NCBI GenBank assembly: GCA_051362555.1
Contig: CM120641.1
Location: forward strand, 46,630,401-46,694,400
Direction of reading: 5' to 3'
DNA: 64,000 nucleotides
Source of the DNA: Lingula anatina
Taxonomy: Eukaryota; Animalia; Brachiopoda
In this document: positions 1 to 23,500 of the stretch, one piece after another
Layout: each line of letters starts with the position of its first letter
How positions within the stretch are numbered: the stretch's first letter is position 1
Notes under the pieces: generated by a model
The model's input: the letters and a program-made list of their open reading frames with translations, nothing else
Told to the model about the DNA's origin: nothing
Database searches by the model: none
Position numbers and translations under genes: made by a program

Positions 1-3
1 CAG

Positions 4-9205
<9,202 letters not shown>

Positions 9206-11329
9206 TAAACTCATTCCAGAAAAGAAACAACAGAGTTGGGAAGACCCTGTTGGTGCGATAACGCGATTTCAATCACAAAGATCCCATTGCCAGTAGATGA
9301 AGACATTGATAATATTCAACAATACCAGAATCACACTAATTGCACTTCAACACACTGTCACAGCTAACATGTCGCCCTCAGATTTACACTCTGGCTGTTG
9401 AAGTAGATGTTTTTCTTTCGCCGTCATTGGATGGCATTACCTAAACACCTAAATGGTGAAGACTTAAGGGAAATACTTTGTGGCAGTTGAAGGAAATCTG
9501 CATCATATTGGAAAAGTAATGGTGTGCACCAAAAGATGGCCTTTTACTGGTGAATATCTTTGATATGTCCAAGGTTGTGACATGATTATGAGAAGAAGGT
9601 GGACCATGTTTTTTTTTTCCAAAGTGAGGCCATTGTGTGAACATTATGGGATGGGAATAATCTAAACTTGGGGTGTGGGTGGGGGATATAAGAAACTTGG
9701 GGAAATTACTTTTGTTCTTTTTTATTATATATTTATAAAGTCTGTTGATTTAACGTGATTGTTTTTATGTTGTTAATGGTGCTTTCTGGGTAAAAACCGT
9801 GAGATGATTTATAGCTGCCAAAGCTATCTGAAGTACTTTCATATGTTTTATGGTCAATAGATGATTGAAAAACTTATAGACTTTGGGGACTTTCTCCATT
9901 AAACTGTGTAGCACCATTGCTAATAATTTTGATTACTTTGGAAATGATGTGTTGTAAAAAGGTAGAGATGCTAGAATTTACTGATATTTTTTGTCATGTC
10001 AGAACACAGCTTTGAATTTATTAAGTGCAATCATGGTATTACATTGGACCAACTAATGGGTATTGGTTTTTTTTTATGTAGAATAATTTGTACTCTCTAG
10101 TTTCCCATTACTTGCATTTTCTGAGCTGTTTTAGAAGTGTGTTTTAGTTACTGGCCCTCGTCTGTAATTCTAGTTTTCCATATTGTAATACGCCTCGAGT
10201 TGAAGAGGTTAGTGACAAATACAGAAGCATGTTGATAATAGAGGTTAATTAACAGCAGACTGAAACCCTGTGTGTTGCCAAGATACTGCCTGTACAACAT
10301 TTTCTGTTTCTACATTTTTTTCCGTTTTGTTACAAACAGTGATGAAAAACTCTCAACATATTTGTCATCTCACACTTAATGCATTTTATTTTTATACTGT
10401 CAGTTGCATTTTATCCAAATCACTACTGATTTGTTGAAGTTGATAAAGGTAAGTTGACTTAGCTGACTAAGCTGGAAGGGATAGGATTGAAAAAACTTTT
10501 TAAAAAGTAGCCAAAAGAACATTCGGTATTTCTATTTTTGGCCATTTAACGTGGAAGTTAATTTTTAAAAGGTGGCAGTTTTCTAAGTTATGTAACTTAA
10601 CGGTAGAGTAGTGATTTAGATACAGAAAACTTTTTTCTTTTTGCAAATTACAGCTGAATATATTACATTCCTGTGTTATTTTTCTGTCTCAGTCCCAGCT
10701 TGTCTGAATGAATTCCAGTTTTGTATGTTTTTGTTTTTTTGAGGTTATTAGATGGACATTCCAGCATCTTCTGAAGATAAGAAGATGAAAAGCTTTTGAA
10801 ATCAGATGTGTTTTGTTTAGTTGACGAGTTGCACATAAAAGACATAATACGTGTATTTCCAAGTTTTATTGCTACAATATTTTCTTATATTTTATTTCTA
10901 TAGTCAATTTATGTATTGGCTTAGTGGCTAATGGGAACATGTGTTGATATCTAACCTGAAAGAAATAATAAATTTTGAGTCAGGCCGAAAAAAATGTGCT
11001 TCTGTTTACAGTTGTATTGTGTGAGGCTTTAAAAAAAATAGATTTGATCTTTTACATTGGGTGATACCTTAAAAATGGGCCTCGGTAATTCAGTAATATA
11101 AAATTCAAAACAAAAGGTTAGAAATATTTATTTTCTGAACTCTCATGTAGTAATGGCTGCTTTTATGATATTCTTAATATCGACAGAGCAAATTCAGCAC
11201 ACAAATTGATATTATTCAATATCAGATAACGTGAAAATGAACTTTCTGAAATAGTTTAAAATAAATAATTCATTTCACCTACTTGTGAATGGGCTATAAT
11301 CTTTATTCATCTTTCATTCGACTACTGTA

Positions 11330-11880
11330 TGATGTCATCTATATGTACGTCACCAAGTCACGCCGAGACGTAACGCGATTTGTCAGTACCGTAAACGTTG
11401 CCAACGTTCAAAAAGGGGATCCAAAGTGACCCGTAAATACAGCGTTGTAGGTAAGGGATAATATTTCCACTGCACTCGATTGAAGTAACTGCAGACAGAT
11501 GAGACCGAATTTACATAATATACTGACATACAAACAAAAGGAATTGTGAACCGGTTTTACATTCATAACAGATAATTGTATCATTTTTTTGAGAATGATC
11601 TTTAGGCCCTACTTCCCTGCTTGCGTATCATTGGTTTTTTTTTTAATTTCAGAAAAAATTGTTGGGGAAATGAGGCTATTGATTACAGAGCACGTTAGCT
11701 TTAATTGTTAAAAAAATTACTTCACTTGGCCTGATATGCCCTTAATTGAGCACTAGGGATATGAACATCTTACCTCAAATCACGAAGCTGTTTACCGCTA
11801 TCCGTGTTTCCACACTAATCTGACGTCATAAAACCGCCAAGTGACGTAAAGCCAGACTTCCAACGACGTACGTTGACCAT
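11330..11880. promoter_or_regulatory. Candidate promoter region, CpG-enriched with CRE-type sites
   Basis: CpG density rises abruptly relative to the flanks. TGACGTCA at 11821-11828 and TGACGTAA at 11842-11849. A minus-strand donor GAG|GTAAGA lies at 11774/11773. Confidence 0.4.
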
Positions 11881-13933
11881 CTATCGATTTGTGGCGAATT
11901 GCCTAGAGGACTATAGTTTAGATTTATTAAAGATCTACCTTTGCGTGTAATTTAACAGATAGCATTTTTATTTTGCCTATTATGACGTCTACAATGAATG
12001 CATCGGTTTCGTTTCAAGAGTGTGTTTTGGCAATAAGCCTAGGCCCTACATGTCGACTAGTTGACACGAGAAACTCAGCGGCTAGTCACAAAATAATTGT
12101 TCAGACTAACCGGACTATTCGACAATTATTGTACTTGTAGACAGCATTGTGATGTTTTAGGTGTTACTGAATGACTGTGTACGCTGAGAGCGGCGAACCA
12201 GTTCCCCTATCGCATTTGAGCATGATTGCCCCTGTTTTGTGTATATTATAATATATAATTATATATAATTATGGAGAGATATATGAAGAGATATATCCTT
12301 AAAATATCCTCCAGCCTTACGAGACGAGGGTGTGTGATAAATGATGTCTCAATCGATATATCTTAAATATAGGCCCTATCCGGCAGTGGCGCCGGGTGTG
12401 CGAACTTGTCTTGTCTTGAAATAGTTTTAATATAACACGCTGAATTGAAAATTAGTATCAGAAGATCTGAACTAAATGCACTGTCACAGTTCAAGGTCCT
12501 GATTACAGCACATAGATCTAGGTGGAGTTTCCACAAAATTGGTGATAAAACGATAACTGGTATCGGTGACGCACCTATTGATCTAAATATACGATAATCA
12601 GTCGGCCAAACTAGGCGTTATTTCGGTGTAACGCGTGTTGCAATATCATAATACTAATAAAACTGCATGTCCACAGCTAATAATCTAATAATAGAAAATT
12701 TATGTAAGCTCTAGCGTCCAGCGCTAAAATTACAATTGAGAAATATCCTGAGATTAAGAATATTCCAGAGTTTCGTTTCGTAGTTCGTTTTTACAGATAT
12801 CCAATGTACATCCATGTAGTTTATCCATAAAATAAGATAGTGGAAAGACTCCATATACTGATAAGCCATATCATTCGATCATACATAAGACTGATTTGAT
12901 AAATAATGCAATTATACACCTTTTTCTGTACATTTCTTCAGTCTGCGTTCGAACTATCCAATACCAATCCATCAATTTGATCGTTATATACATGTTGTCT
13001 CTTTTGCACCAAGCCTTCTTGTTCAACGACCATCGATATAAGAATATGTCATTTTAATCACATCATTATCGGTCTAATTAAACATGTGCTGGTTTTTGCC
13101 TTACAACTCTTGTATACGCGACCCGAACAAGAATATCACAAAATAATCCATGTCCTGTCCATTCGAGAGGCTTTGGTAACATGAATCTTTGGTTTAACCG
13201 GTGTCCTCTCCAAACCTCTATGGCTGTCGGTCGGCTAAAATCTCCGCAAACGCATTAACCTCATGCGTTCCTAAAACGAATTTATTTTGTAATAAATTAA
13301 CATTGTATTGTAAGAAAAATAATGGCATTTTGATTGTGGAAAGATAAATAAATGAAATAAACTTTAAATAATTTCATTTAAAAAGTGGTATGTAGCCAAC
13401 GTAGAGTAATCTCTGATAGGCGAGCCTAATTAATTATCGGCTCCTCTTTTCGAACCTGTGAAATCAAGATAAATATACAATGGGATATTGCCATGTTGCT
13501 GATTAAGGGGGGTTATCGGGGGTTTCTCTGCCTTTGATGGGGATAATGACGGGGACTTTATCGGTTATGACTGCACAGATAACTGAGTTCAGACAGCTAG
13601 GTGTGTCGTCTGCGTCAGATATAGCGTAGACTGGAGGAAACACGGGTGGGGCTCTTCTTGGAAATGTATCAGCAGTATCTCCATTCAAATTAATTTGGAA
13701 CGTGATATCACCGTGGAATTAGTCTTCATCTGAATTCAAAGCTGGATAAACGAAAGCCCATTTTAGGATGTTTTGGCAACGGTTCTATTTGATAAAAGGG
13801 ATTGGGGTTGGGATGCGTTAGGTAAGGAGTATTTTTTGTACGAAATTGGGAGAAATAAGGTGTGCCTAACATAGTTTTATCAAAGCATATAGAGATTGGG
13901 TGTAGAGTAAATAAAAGCAAATATCCCTTACTG

Positions 13934-16900
13934 CTACAAGTGGGTAATCCCATCCTGTTTAAATAAAATAAAAGATTAATGTATCATTACTTAAAACAAA
14001 ATTACAATTTCCATATTATATTTGAGAAAATGTAAGCTATAACTGACTACCAAAATTGAATGCAATTTTCACAAGTAAATTGTAGCTCAAGTTATGATTA
14101 AATTCTTTATCGAAGCTGTCTTTATCTTTCAAAAATTCATCATTTACAAGAGAGTTTTATTTCACCTTACCTGGAAGGTGGTGAGACGCGTCTCGAGCGG
14201 CACGGGATCATAACTTGGGCGCTGAATGGTGATCTGTTCGAAAATAGCAGATAAAACATTTTGTCATCTCTGAATACCACACCAGTATTAGGAGGATTAT
14301 TCTTAAGAAGCCAAGTCAGCAAGCATTGAGCTTTGCCTGTAGAAATCACGGAAAGTGATGAAAATTTTATTTTTTTAAATATAACTTCATACATTGCTCA
14401 TTATGAACAAAACAATCGAGAAGTATATCGCTGCTGCGATTTTGAAATAAATGCATTTAAAAAATCACACATTTTGGCAATTTTGAAAATACAGATAGGA
14501 TGCAAACTTTCAGTTGCCATAGCAACGCCATGTAAAAATATAAAACAAATATATTTGTATATTTGGATAGAGCAATATATCCTTTTCTGGCAGTGCCATA
14601 TAAAAGTCAGTATTATATATTCATTTTTTATTTATTATCATGGTTATTAGGCCTATCTGAGCTGATATTTTCCTCTACCCAAGACCGGTTTCTAGGGAAA
14701 AGCAATTTGTTGCTATGGAAACCGGAGGAAATGGTTGAAACATGGCTAGTGGTCATTTTGGTGCGTTTTATGACTAAATACATCATTTAAGACCAAACTA
14801 AGCAAAATATAAATTTTTCACATTCCATCCGAAGCTCAATGCTTGCTGACTTGGCCTCTTAACTGATATCAGTTGGAAGCAAGACTCAGTGTGGTATGTT
14901 TTTGGAAAACGCTCCTGCTTGAAAACATTAACTGATGCAATACAATATTAATGCAATATTAACATCTTACATAATCATTGTTTTTAAAATCGCAAGATAA
15001 CGCACGAGAGTACCTAAACCTATCTCCAATATGGTTCATCATAATGAAAATCAACTAAACAAACAAACAAACAAACAACGTGAAATATACATAATAATAA
15101 CAATACCTTCTGCGATGTGTCAACATTTTCGTAGTTGGGATTCCAGTTCAGGAACGTTTTCTCAAAAGAACTCCCAGGTGGGTCTTCTAGCGACGGCGGT
15201 GGCAGGTTCTCTGTACTACCTGTAAGTAAAGGGAACGATTATATAATCAATATTAAACACGTCTATTATATTAATTCTACTTTTTCCATGACCCTTAAAA
15301 CCACTGCATCCAAAAAGATACTTTTACGTCGTTTGATGCGAACGTCTTGGTATTGTGTGTTATGTTATTGAATGCAGATCAATCAATATCTAAGCTCGCT
15401 TCTTTCTGTTATCAAAAATATTAAAAATATCATTTCTTTAAAATAGTCATTGGTGAAGTATTTGACGGCACGTTTTGATCAAACAGAACTCTGTGGAGTT
15501 AGAAGCGTGGGTGGACATAGAGGGTGCTCTAACACTAGAAAGTGAGGAAGATACCTTTGAATCTTGAGTCATAATAAGCTGCCGACTCATCGCTGTCTTC
15601 CAAATCAGAAGGGTCGAATGATTTAATTGGTAACGGCGGACTATAGTCTGGCTCTTCCAGATTTTCATAATTGTTAGACTTGGGTCTGTGCAGCATGTCC
15701 GTGCTCACGGCCCTGGTCTCGTCCATCTCCAGCATTTCGCTGGTTCTTTTCGATTTCCCTTTACTCTTGTTGACCTGACCGTACGAGTACTCGAAATCAT
15801 CGTCCAAGTAATTGGTAAAAGACGAGTAGTTGTTTTGGAATCCTGGGTAGTCCGTGCTCCCGGCATCAAACATTGACCTGATACAAATAAATAAATAAAT
15901 AAATAAATAAAAAGAGATATCGATTTCTTATTAAAACAAGAAATATAGATATTATTTGCATTCTGTGTAAACATTAAAAATTTACCTATATTTCTCTATT
16001 TTTGACGTAATAATAATAAGAAGAAGAAGAAAAAGAAGAAGAAGAAGAAGAAGAAGAAGAAGAAACAAATAATTCATAGAATAAAATATAAAAATAAATT
16101 GATTCATGCATATTAAATTAACGAATAAAATACATAAATTAACCTTCTAGCTGTTCTTGAAGACTTGGAGTTTGCACTACGTCTCTTTCTCCGCACCACA
16201 CAGGCGATAACGATAACGAGCACCACCAAGACGACAGCGCCGCCTACCGCACTCAACACGATGATCAGAGTCTGCTCGTTGTACAGAACGCTCAGGTACT
16301 GCTCCTGACACCTGTCTCCGTGGAAAGTGTATGGAGGTTTGGCGACACACCTGAAAAATATGTTGTTTTAGAGATATGGCCTCTCAAAAGTTTTTTTTTA
16401 CATGACATGTACATGAATTTTTCCTTTCAGTTTTTTGGGACATAAATCAAGATGTGTTGTTTCCATTTTTAACTTCTTCGTGTAAATTTTAAAGTAGTTT
16501 TGATAACATTTTCACAGGAAGTCAAGTGATTACCATATATGATAATAAAGACAACAACCTACTTGCACTTCACGTCATGTCCACTGAAGTGTTCACAGAT
16601 GCCGTCATTTTGACAAAAACCTGGCTCCATCTCACACTTGGATTTACAGAGTTTCTCAAAGTCTTTCTCATTTTCGTCACATACAAATCCAAGGTCACAT
16701 ATAATTTTCGAACAGAGACCACCCTTCGTCTCTTCCTGAATCTGGTCAGCTGAAAGTAATCGTTATATTCTTTTATTTAATCAGTTTGAATGTAGGGGTT
16801 GGAGGTACATAAGTAGCTTTTGACGACCAAGTAAATTTAGCAATGGGTTCCGCAAATTTTACACGTTTTTTAATTCTTTAAAAGTACCATATTAGCCCTG

Positions 16901-17517
16901 CACAAAAGACACTGAATCAAAAATATTTACATATTTACAACGTTCTGAATAGATAAGTACCCACCTATTTTTGCTTGCTGTGTGCCCTGCTGCAAAGAAT
17001 CCTGTAAGGTACTCTTCTCAATTTTAACATTTTGATTGCCAACGGTCAGGTTGAAATCCATCGCATTACTTTTTGGGGCTTCTGCGATTTCAGTAGCTAT
17101 GGCGGTGGAATCAATAGTAAAATTCCCATTCTTAGCTACAACTACTGGCTCCAGCACCATAGTATAGTTGACTTTCAAGCTTCCACAACTGAAATGCGAG
17201 CAAAACTATTTAGAGAGATAATACATGTACATATTTTTGAGATAATAATAATAATAATTTGAAATTAAGAGAATCCAAAGAACAGGAAATGTCAGTGATA
17301 CCGATTGTGATAGGGGCACTTGGAACAATCTCGAAGAACGCAAAGAGCTGGTTTGAGAAGTTAGACATGTCCCACATAGTTGAGAGTGCACAATTGTCGG
17401 TCATACTTTGAACAGCTTACATATTGCGAAAAAATGTTTGTATCTCTAAGCTGCGGGAAGGAGATGAGACATACCAAAAACAAAACCCAGTAGAATGTCT
17501 TTCAGCTGAAGCTTTAC

Positions 17518-17562
<45 letters not shown>

Positions 17563-20500
17563 TTTCATACTATACTGGTTAATGGCGCAGTTAACATTTT
17601 GAGAGGACAAATAGGTTACCATGATAATTTACGCTTACCTTACTTTGTTGATGACAATTTTCTTGAATTCCTTTACTGTTCCATATACCGAAACCAACTA
17701 AAATGATAAATATTAACCTTTACCGAATAGGACCAAGAAATAGATGTAAAACAAACTATTAGTTAATTGTATTAAGGACTGAAACTTCTGTTTCTTAAAG
17801 AACAGAAAAACGCCAAGATCCAATAACTTCTAAGCTCATTATATATATAATAAAATGCTGTTTTTATGTTTGCAATAACATCAAAAAGTAACACACCTGT
17901 CTTTCTAGTTGCTTTTCAACTTCGTCTTCGTTTTCACGGAGTGACACCTTACAGTTTGGAATCTTCACAGGAAAAGTCACGCTAATTTGTATATCTAAAT
18001 CTGAAATTAAACTCCGCGTTTTACTGTTTACCTAAAGGGATAATAACTCTTCGTATGAGATCATATTTCACAATAAAAACATTGTGAATAACTCATAGAA
18101 ATAAAATATATTCTGTTTTACCACAAAAACGGTAGTTATAGCTATTATTCTGACATCTGAACTTGTCTTTAGACCACGTGACCTCCACTGATGGCTATAC
18201 TCTGTTATAATCTCTTAAGAGATTTTAACAAAAAACCAAATTTCTTAGAAAAAAAACCAGGGACTAACTTTGAATGTAAAAATGGATTCATTAACCATTG
18301 GTAAGTATGGGAAAATTGTTGTTTACTCCAGGAAAATTCATTTTTTGGCCGAAACGAAGAGTTATTATCCCTAAAATAACACAATGCAAAGTAAAGACGC
18401 AGGCTTCCAATATTTCATCAAAGACTGCCTATGTTCAAAACAATTGGATCTATACCAAGTGTCCTATTCCCCATTTAATAAAAAAAAAGTGAATGAAAAA
18501 CACAAACCTTTGATCACTGGCGGTTTGGGTGGCGGGAATGGCGTTGGTGTCACTGTAGCTGGTGGTTTAGTACTCGTCACTTTTGACGTTGGCTCTGTTA
18601 CTACACTAGTCATCTCCGAAATTGTAGTTGTTCTATTCCTCATTGCTTGTGTGGTAGTAATGTCAATTACTGACATTGTAGAGGTCGTTGTCTCTGTGTT
18701 AGACGGTGCTGTATAAGTGGTCTGTTTAGCTTCAGTAGACTGCAGTGACGGTACTGAAGAAATACTTGTTGTTCTCTCTGGGGATGCCGTCTCTGCTGCT
18801 GTAGTTGACGCTGCGGTAGTAGCAGTTGTCGATGGTGATGCGCTAGTCGTCTCTGCTGCTGTAGTAGACGCTGCTGTAGAAGTTGTATCTTGTGCTGTGG
18901 TAGTCGTTTCTACTACTATAGTAGTCGTTGCAGTAGAAGTAGTTGTCTCTGGTGATGAGCTAGTCGTCTCTGTTACTGTAGTAGTCGATGCTGTAGAAGT
19001 CGATGTCTCTTGTGCTGTGGTAGTCGTCTCTGCTTCTGTAGTAGTCGTTGCGGTAGAAGTATCTTGTGCTGTGGTAGTCGTCTCTGCTGCTGTAGTAGAC
19101 GCTGTAGTAGACGTTGTTGTCTCTGGTGATGAGCTAGTCGTCTCTACCAGTGTAGTAGTCGTTGCAGTAGAAGTAATTGTATCTTGTGCTGTGGTAGTCG
19201 TCTCTGCTGCTGTAGTAGACGCTGCAGTAGATGCTGTTGCCTCTGGTAATGAGCTAGTCGTCTCTGCTGCTGTAGTAGTCGTTGCTGTAGAAGTTGTTGT
19301 ATCTTGTGCTGTGGTAGTCGTCTCTGCTGCTGTAGTAGACGCTGCAGTAGATGCTGTTGCCTCTGGTAATGAGCTAGTCGTCTCTGCTGCTGTAGTAGTC
19401 GTTGCAGTAGAAGTTGTTGTATCTTGTGCTGTGGCAGTCGTTTCTGCTGCTGTAGTAGATGCTGCAGGAGTCGTAGTTGTCTCTGGTGATGAGCTAGTCG
19501 TCTCTGCTGCTGTAGTAGTCGTTGCTGTAGAAGTTGTTGTATCTTGTGCTGTACTAGTCGTCTCTACTGCCTTCTCAGACGCTTCTGTAGAAGTAGACGC
19601 TGTTTCTTCTGGTGATGAGCTAGTCGTTCCTGCTGCTGTAGTAGTCGTTGCAGTAGAAGTAGTCTCTGGTAATGAACTAGTCTTTTCTGCTGCTGTAGTA
19701 GACGCTGTTGTAGACGTTGTTGTCTCTGGTGATGAGCTAGTCGTCTCTGCTGCTGTAGTAGTCATTGCGGTAGAAGTTGTTGTATCTTGTGCTGTGCTAG
19801 TCGTCTCTGCTGCCTTCTCAGACGCTTCTGTAGAAGTAGACGCTGTTTCTTCTGGTGATGAGCTAGTCGTCTCTGCTGCTGTATTAGTCGTTGCGGTTGA
19901 AGTTGTTGTATCTTGTGCTGTGGTAGTCGTCTCTGCTGCTGTAGTAGACGCTGCAGTAGACGCTGTTGCCTTTGGTAATGAACTAGTTGTCTCTGCTGCT
20001 GTAGTAGACGCTGTTGTAGACGTTGTTGTCTCTGGTGATGAGCTAGTCGTCTCTGCTACTGTAGTAGTCGTTGCGGTAGAAGTTGTTGTATCTTGTGCTG
20101 TGCTAGTCGTCTCTGCTGTTATCTCAGACGCTTCTGTAGGAGTAGACGCTGTTTTTTCTGGTGATGAGCTAGTCGTTTCTGCTACTGTAGTAGTCGTTGC
20201 AGTAGAAGTAGTCTCTGGTAATGAACTAGTCGTCTCTGCTGGTGTAGTAGACGCTGTAGTAGACGTTGTTGTCTCTGGTGATGAGCTAGTCGTCTCTGCT
20301 GCTGTAGTAGACGCTGTAGTAGTCGTTGTTGCCTCTGGTGATGAGCTAGTCGTCTCTGCTGCTGTAGTAGTCATTGCGGTAGAAGTTGTTGAATCTTGTG
20401 CTGTGCTAGTCGTCTCTGCTGCCTTCTCAGACGCTTCTGTAGAAGTAGACGCTGTTTCTTCTGGTGATGAGCTAGTCGTCTCTACTACTGAAGTAGTCGT

Positions 20501-23500
20501 TGCGGTAGAAGTTGTTGTATCTTGTGCTGTGGTAGTCGTTTCTGCTACTGTAGTAGATGTTGCAGGAGCCGTAGTTGTCTCTGGTGATGAGCTAGTCGTC
20601 TCTGCTGCTTTCTCAGACGCTTCTGTAGAAGTAGACGCTGTTTCTTCTGGTGATGAGCTAGTCGTCTCTGCTGCTGTATAAGTCGTTGCGGTTGAAGTTG
20701 TTGTATCTTGTGCTGTGGTAGTCGTCTCTGCTGCTGTAGTAGACGCTGCAGTAGACGCTGTTGCCTCTGGTAATGAACTAGTCGTCTCTGCTGCTGTAGT
20801 AGACGCTGTTGTAGACGTTGTTGTCTCTGGTGATGAGCTAGTCGTCTCTGCTACTGTAGTAGTCGTTGCGGTAGAAGTTGTTGTATCTTGTGCTGTGCTA
20901 GTCGTCTCTGCTGTTATCTCAGACGCTTCTGTAGGAGTAGACGCTGTTTTTTCTGGTGATGAGCTAGTCGTTTCTGCTACTGTAGTAGTCGTTGCAGTAG
21001 AAGTAGTCTCTGGTAATGAACTAGTCGTCTCTGCTGGTGTAGTAGACGCTGTAGTAGACGTTGTTGTCTCTGGTGATGAGCTAGTCGTCTCTGCTGCTGT
21101 AGTAGACGCTGTAGTAGTCGTTGTTGTCTCTGGTGATGAGCTAGTCGTCTCTGCTGCTGTAGTAGACGCTGTAGTAGACGTTGTTGTCTCTGGTGATGAG
21201 CTAGTCGTCTCTGCTACTGTAGTAGTCGTTGCGGTAGAAGAAGTTGTATCTTGTGCTGTGCTAGTCGTCTCTGCTGCTTTCTCAGACGCTTCTGTAGAAG
21301 TAGACGCTGTTGCCTCTGGTGATGAGCTTGTCGTCTCTGCTGCTGTAGTAGACGCTGTAGTAGAAGTTGTTGTATCTTGTGCTGTGGTAGTCGTTTCTGC
21401 TACTGTAGTAGATGCTGCAGGAGCCGAAGTTGTCTCTGGTGATGAGCTAGTCGTCTCTGCTGCTGTAGTAGTCGTTGCGGTAGAAATAGTCTGTGGTGAT
21501 GAACTAGTCGTCTCTGCTGCTGTAGTAGACGCTGTAGTAGACGTTGTTGTCTCTGGCGATGAGCTAGTCGTCTCTGCTACTGTAGTAGTCGTTGCGCTAG
21601 AAGAAGTTGTATCTTGTGCTGTGGAAGTCGTCTCTGCTGCTGTTGTAGTCGTTGCGGTAGAAGTTGTTGTATCTTGTGCTGTGCTAGTTGTCTCTGCTGC
21701 TTTCTCAGACGCTTCTGTAGAAGAAGACGCTGTTGCCTCTGGTGATGAGCTTGTCGTCTCTGCTGCTGTAGTAGACGCTGTAGTAGTCGTTGTTGTCTCT
21801 GGTGATGAGCTAGTCGTCTCTGCTGCTGTAGTAGACGCTGTAGTAGACGTTGTTGTCTCTGGTGATGAGCTAGTCGTCTCTGCTACTGTAGTAGTCGTTG
21901 CGGTAGAAGAAGTTGTATCTTGTGCTGTGCTAGTCGTCTCTGCTGCTTTCTCAGACGCTTCTGTAGAAGTAGACGCTGTTGCCTCTGGTGATGAGCTTGT
22001 CGTCTCTGCTGCTGTAGTAGACGCTGTAGTAGAAGTTGTTGTATCTTGTGCTGTGGTAGTCGTTTCTGCTACTGTAGTAGATGCTGCAGGAGCCGAAGTT
22101 GTCTCTGGTGATGAGCTAGTCGTCTCTGCTGCTGTAGTAGTCGTTGCGGTAGAAATAGTCTGTGGTGATGAACTAGTCGTCTCTGCTGCTGTAGTAGACG
22201 CTGTAGTAGACGTTGTTGTCTCTGGCGATGAGCTAGTCGTCTCTGCTACTGTAGTAGTCGTTGCGCTAGAAGAAGTTGTATCTTGTGCTGTGGAAGTCGT
22301 CTCTGCTGCTGTTGTAGTCGTTGCGGTAGAAGTTGTTGTATCTTGTGCTGTGGAAGTCGTCTCTGCTGCTGTTGTAGTCGTTGCGGTAGAAGTTGTTGTA
22401 TCTTGTGCTGTGGAAGTCGTCTCTGCTGCTGTTGTAGTCGTTGCAGTAGAAGTTGTTGTATCTTGTGGTGTGCTAGTCGTCTCTGCTGCTTTCTCAGACG
22501 CTTCTGTAGAAGTAGACGCTGTTGCCTCTGGTGATGAGCTTGTCGTCTCTGCTGCTGTAGTAGACGCTGTAGTAGAAGTTGTTGTATCTTGTGCTGTGGT
22601 AGTCGTTTCTGCTACTGTAGTAGATGCTGCAGGAGCCGAAGTTGTCTCTGGTGATGAGCTAGTCGTCTCTGCTGCTGTAGTAGTCGTTGCGGTAGAAATA
22701 GTCTGTGGTGATGAACTAGTCGTCTCTGCTGCTGTAGTAGACGCTGTAGTAGACGTTGTTGTCTCTGGCGATGAGCTAGTCGTCTCTGCTACTGTAGTAG
22801 TCGTTGCGCTAGAAGAAGTTGTATCTTGTGCTGTGGAAGTCGTCTCTGCTGCTGTTGTAGTCGTTGCGGTAGAAGTTGTTGTATCTTGTGCTGTGCTAGT
22901 TGTCTCTGCTGCTGTCTCAGACGCTTCTGTAGAAGAAGACGCTGTTGCCTCTGGTGATGAGCTTGTCGTCTCTGCTGCTGTAGTAGACGCTGTAGTAGTC
23001 GTTGTCTCTGGTGATGAGCTAGTCGTCTCTGCTGCTGTAGTAGACGCTGTAGTAGACGTTGTTGTCTCTGGTGATGAGCTAGTCGTCTCTGCTACTGTAG
23101 TAGTCGTTGCGGTAGAAGAAGTTGTATCTTGTGCTGTGCTAGTCGTCTCTGCTGCTTTCTCAGACGCTTCTGTAGAAGTAGACGCTGTTGCCTCTGGTGA
23201 TGAGCTTGTCGTCTCTGCTGCTGTAGTAGACGCTGTAGTAGAAGTTGTTGTATCTTGTGCTGTGGTAGTCGTTTCTGCTACTGTAGTAGATGCTGCAGGA
23301 GCCGAAGTTGTCTCTGGTGATGAGCTAGTCGTCTCTGCTGCTGTAGTAGTCGTTGCGGTAGAAATAGTCTGTGGTGATGAACTAGTCGTCTCTGCTGCTG
23401 TAGTAGACGCTGTAGTAGACGTTGTTGTCTCTGGCGATGAGCTAGTCGTCTCTGCTACTGTAGTAGTCGTTGCGCTAGAAGAAGTTGTATCTTGTGCTGT

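Noticed and set aside
13503-13953. ORFs 13726-13953 and 13503-13688 as a separate gene
   Set aside because: They fall in the terminal exon and 3' UTR of the mucin, whose frame stops at 13934.
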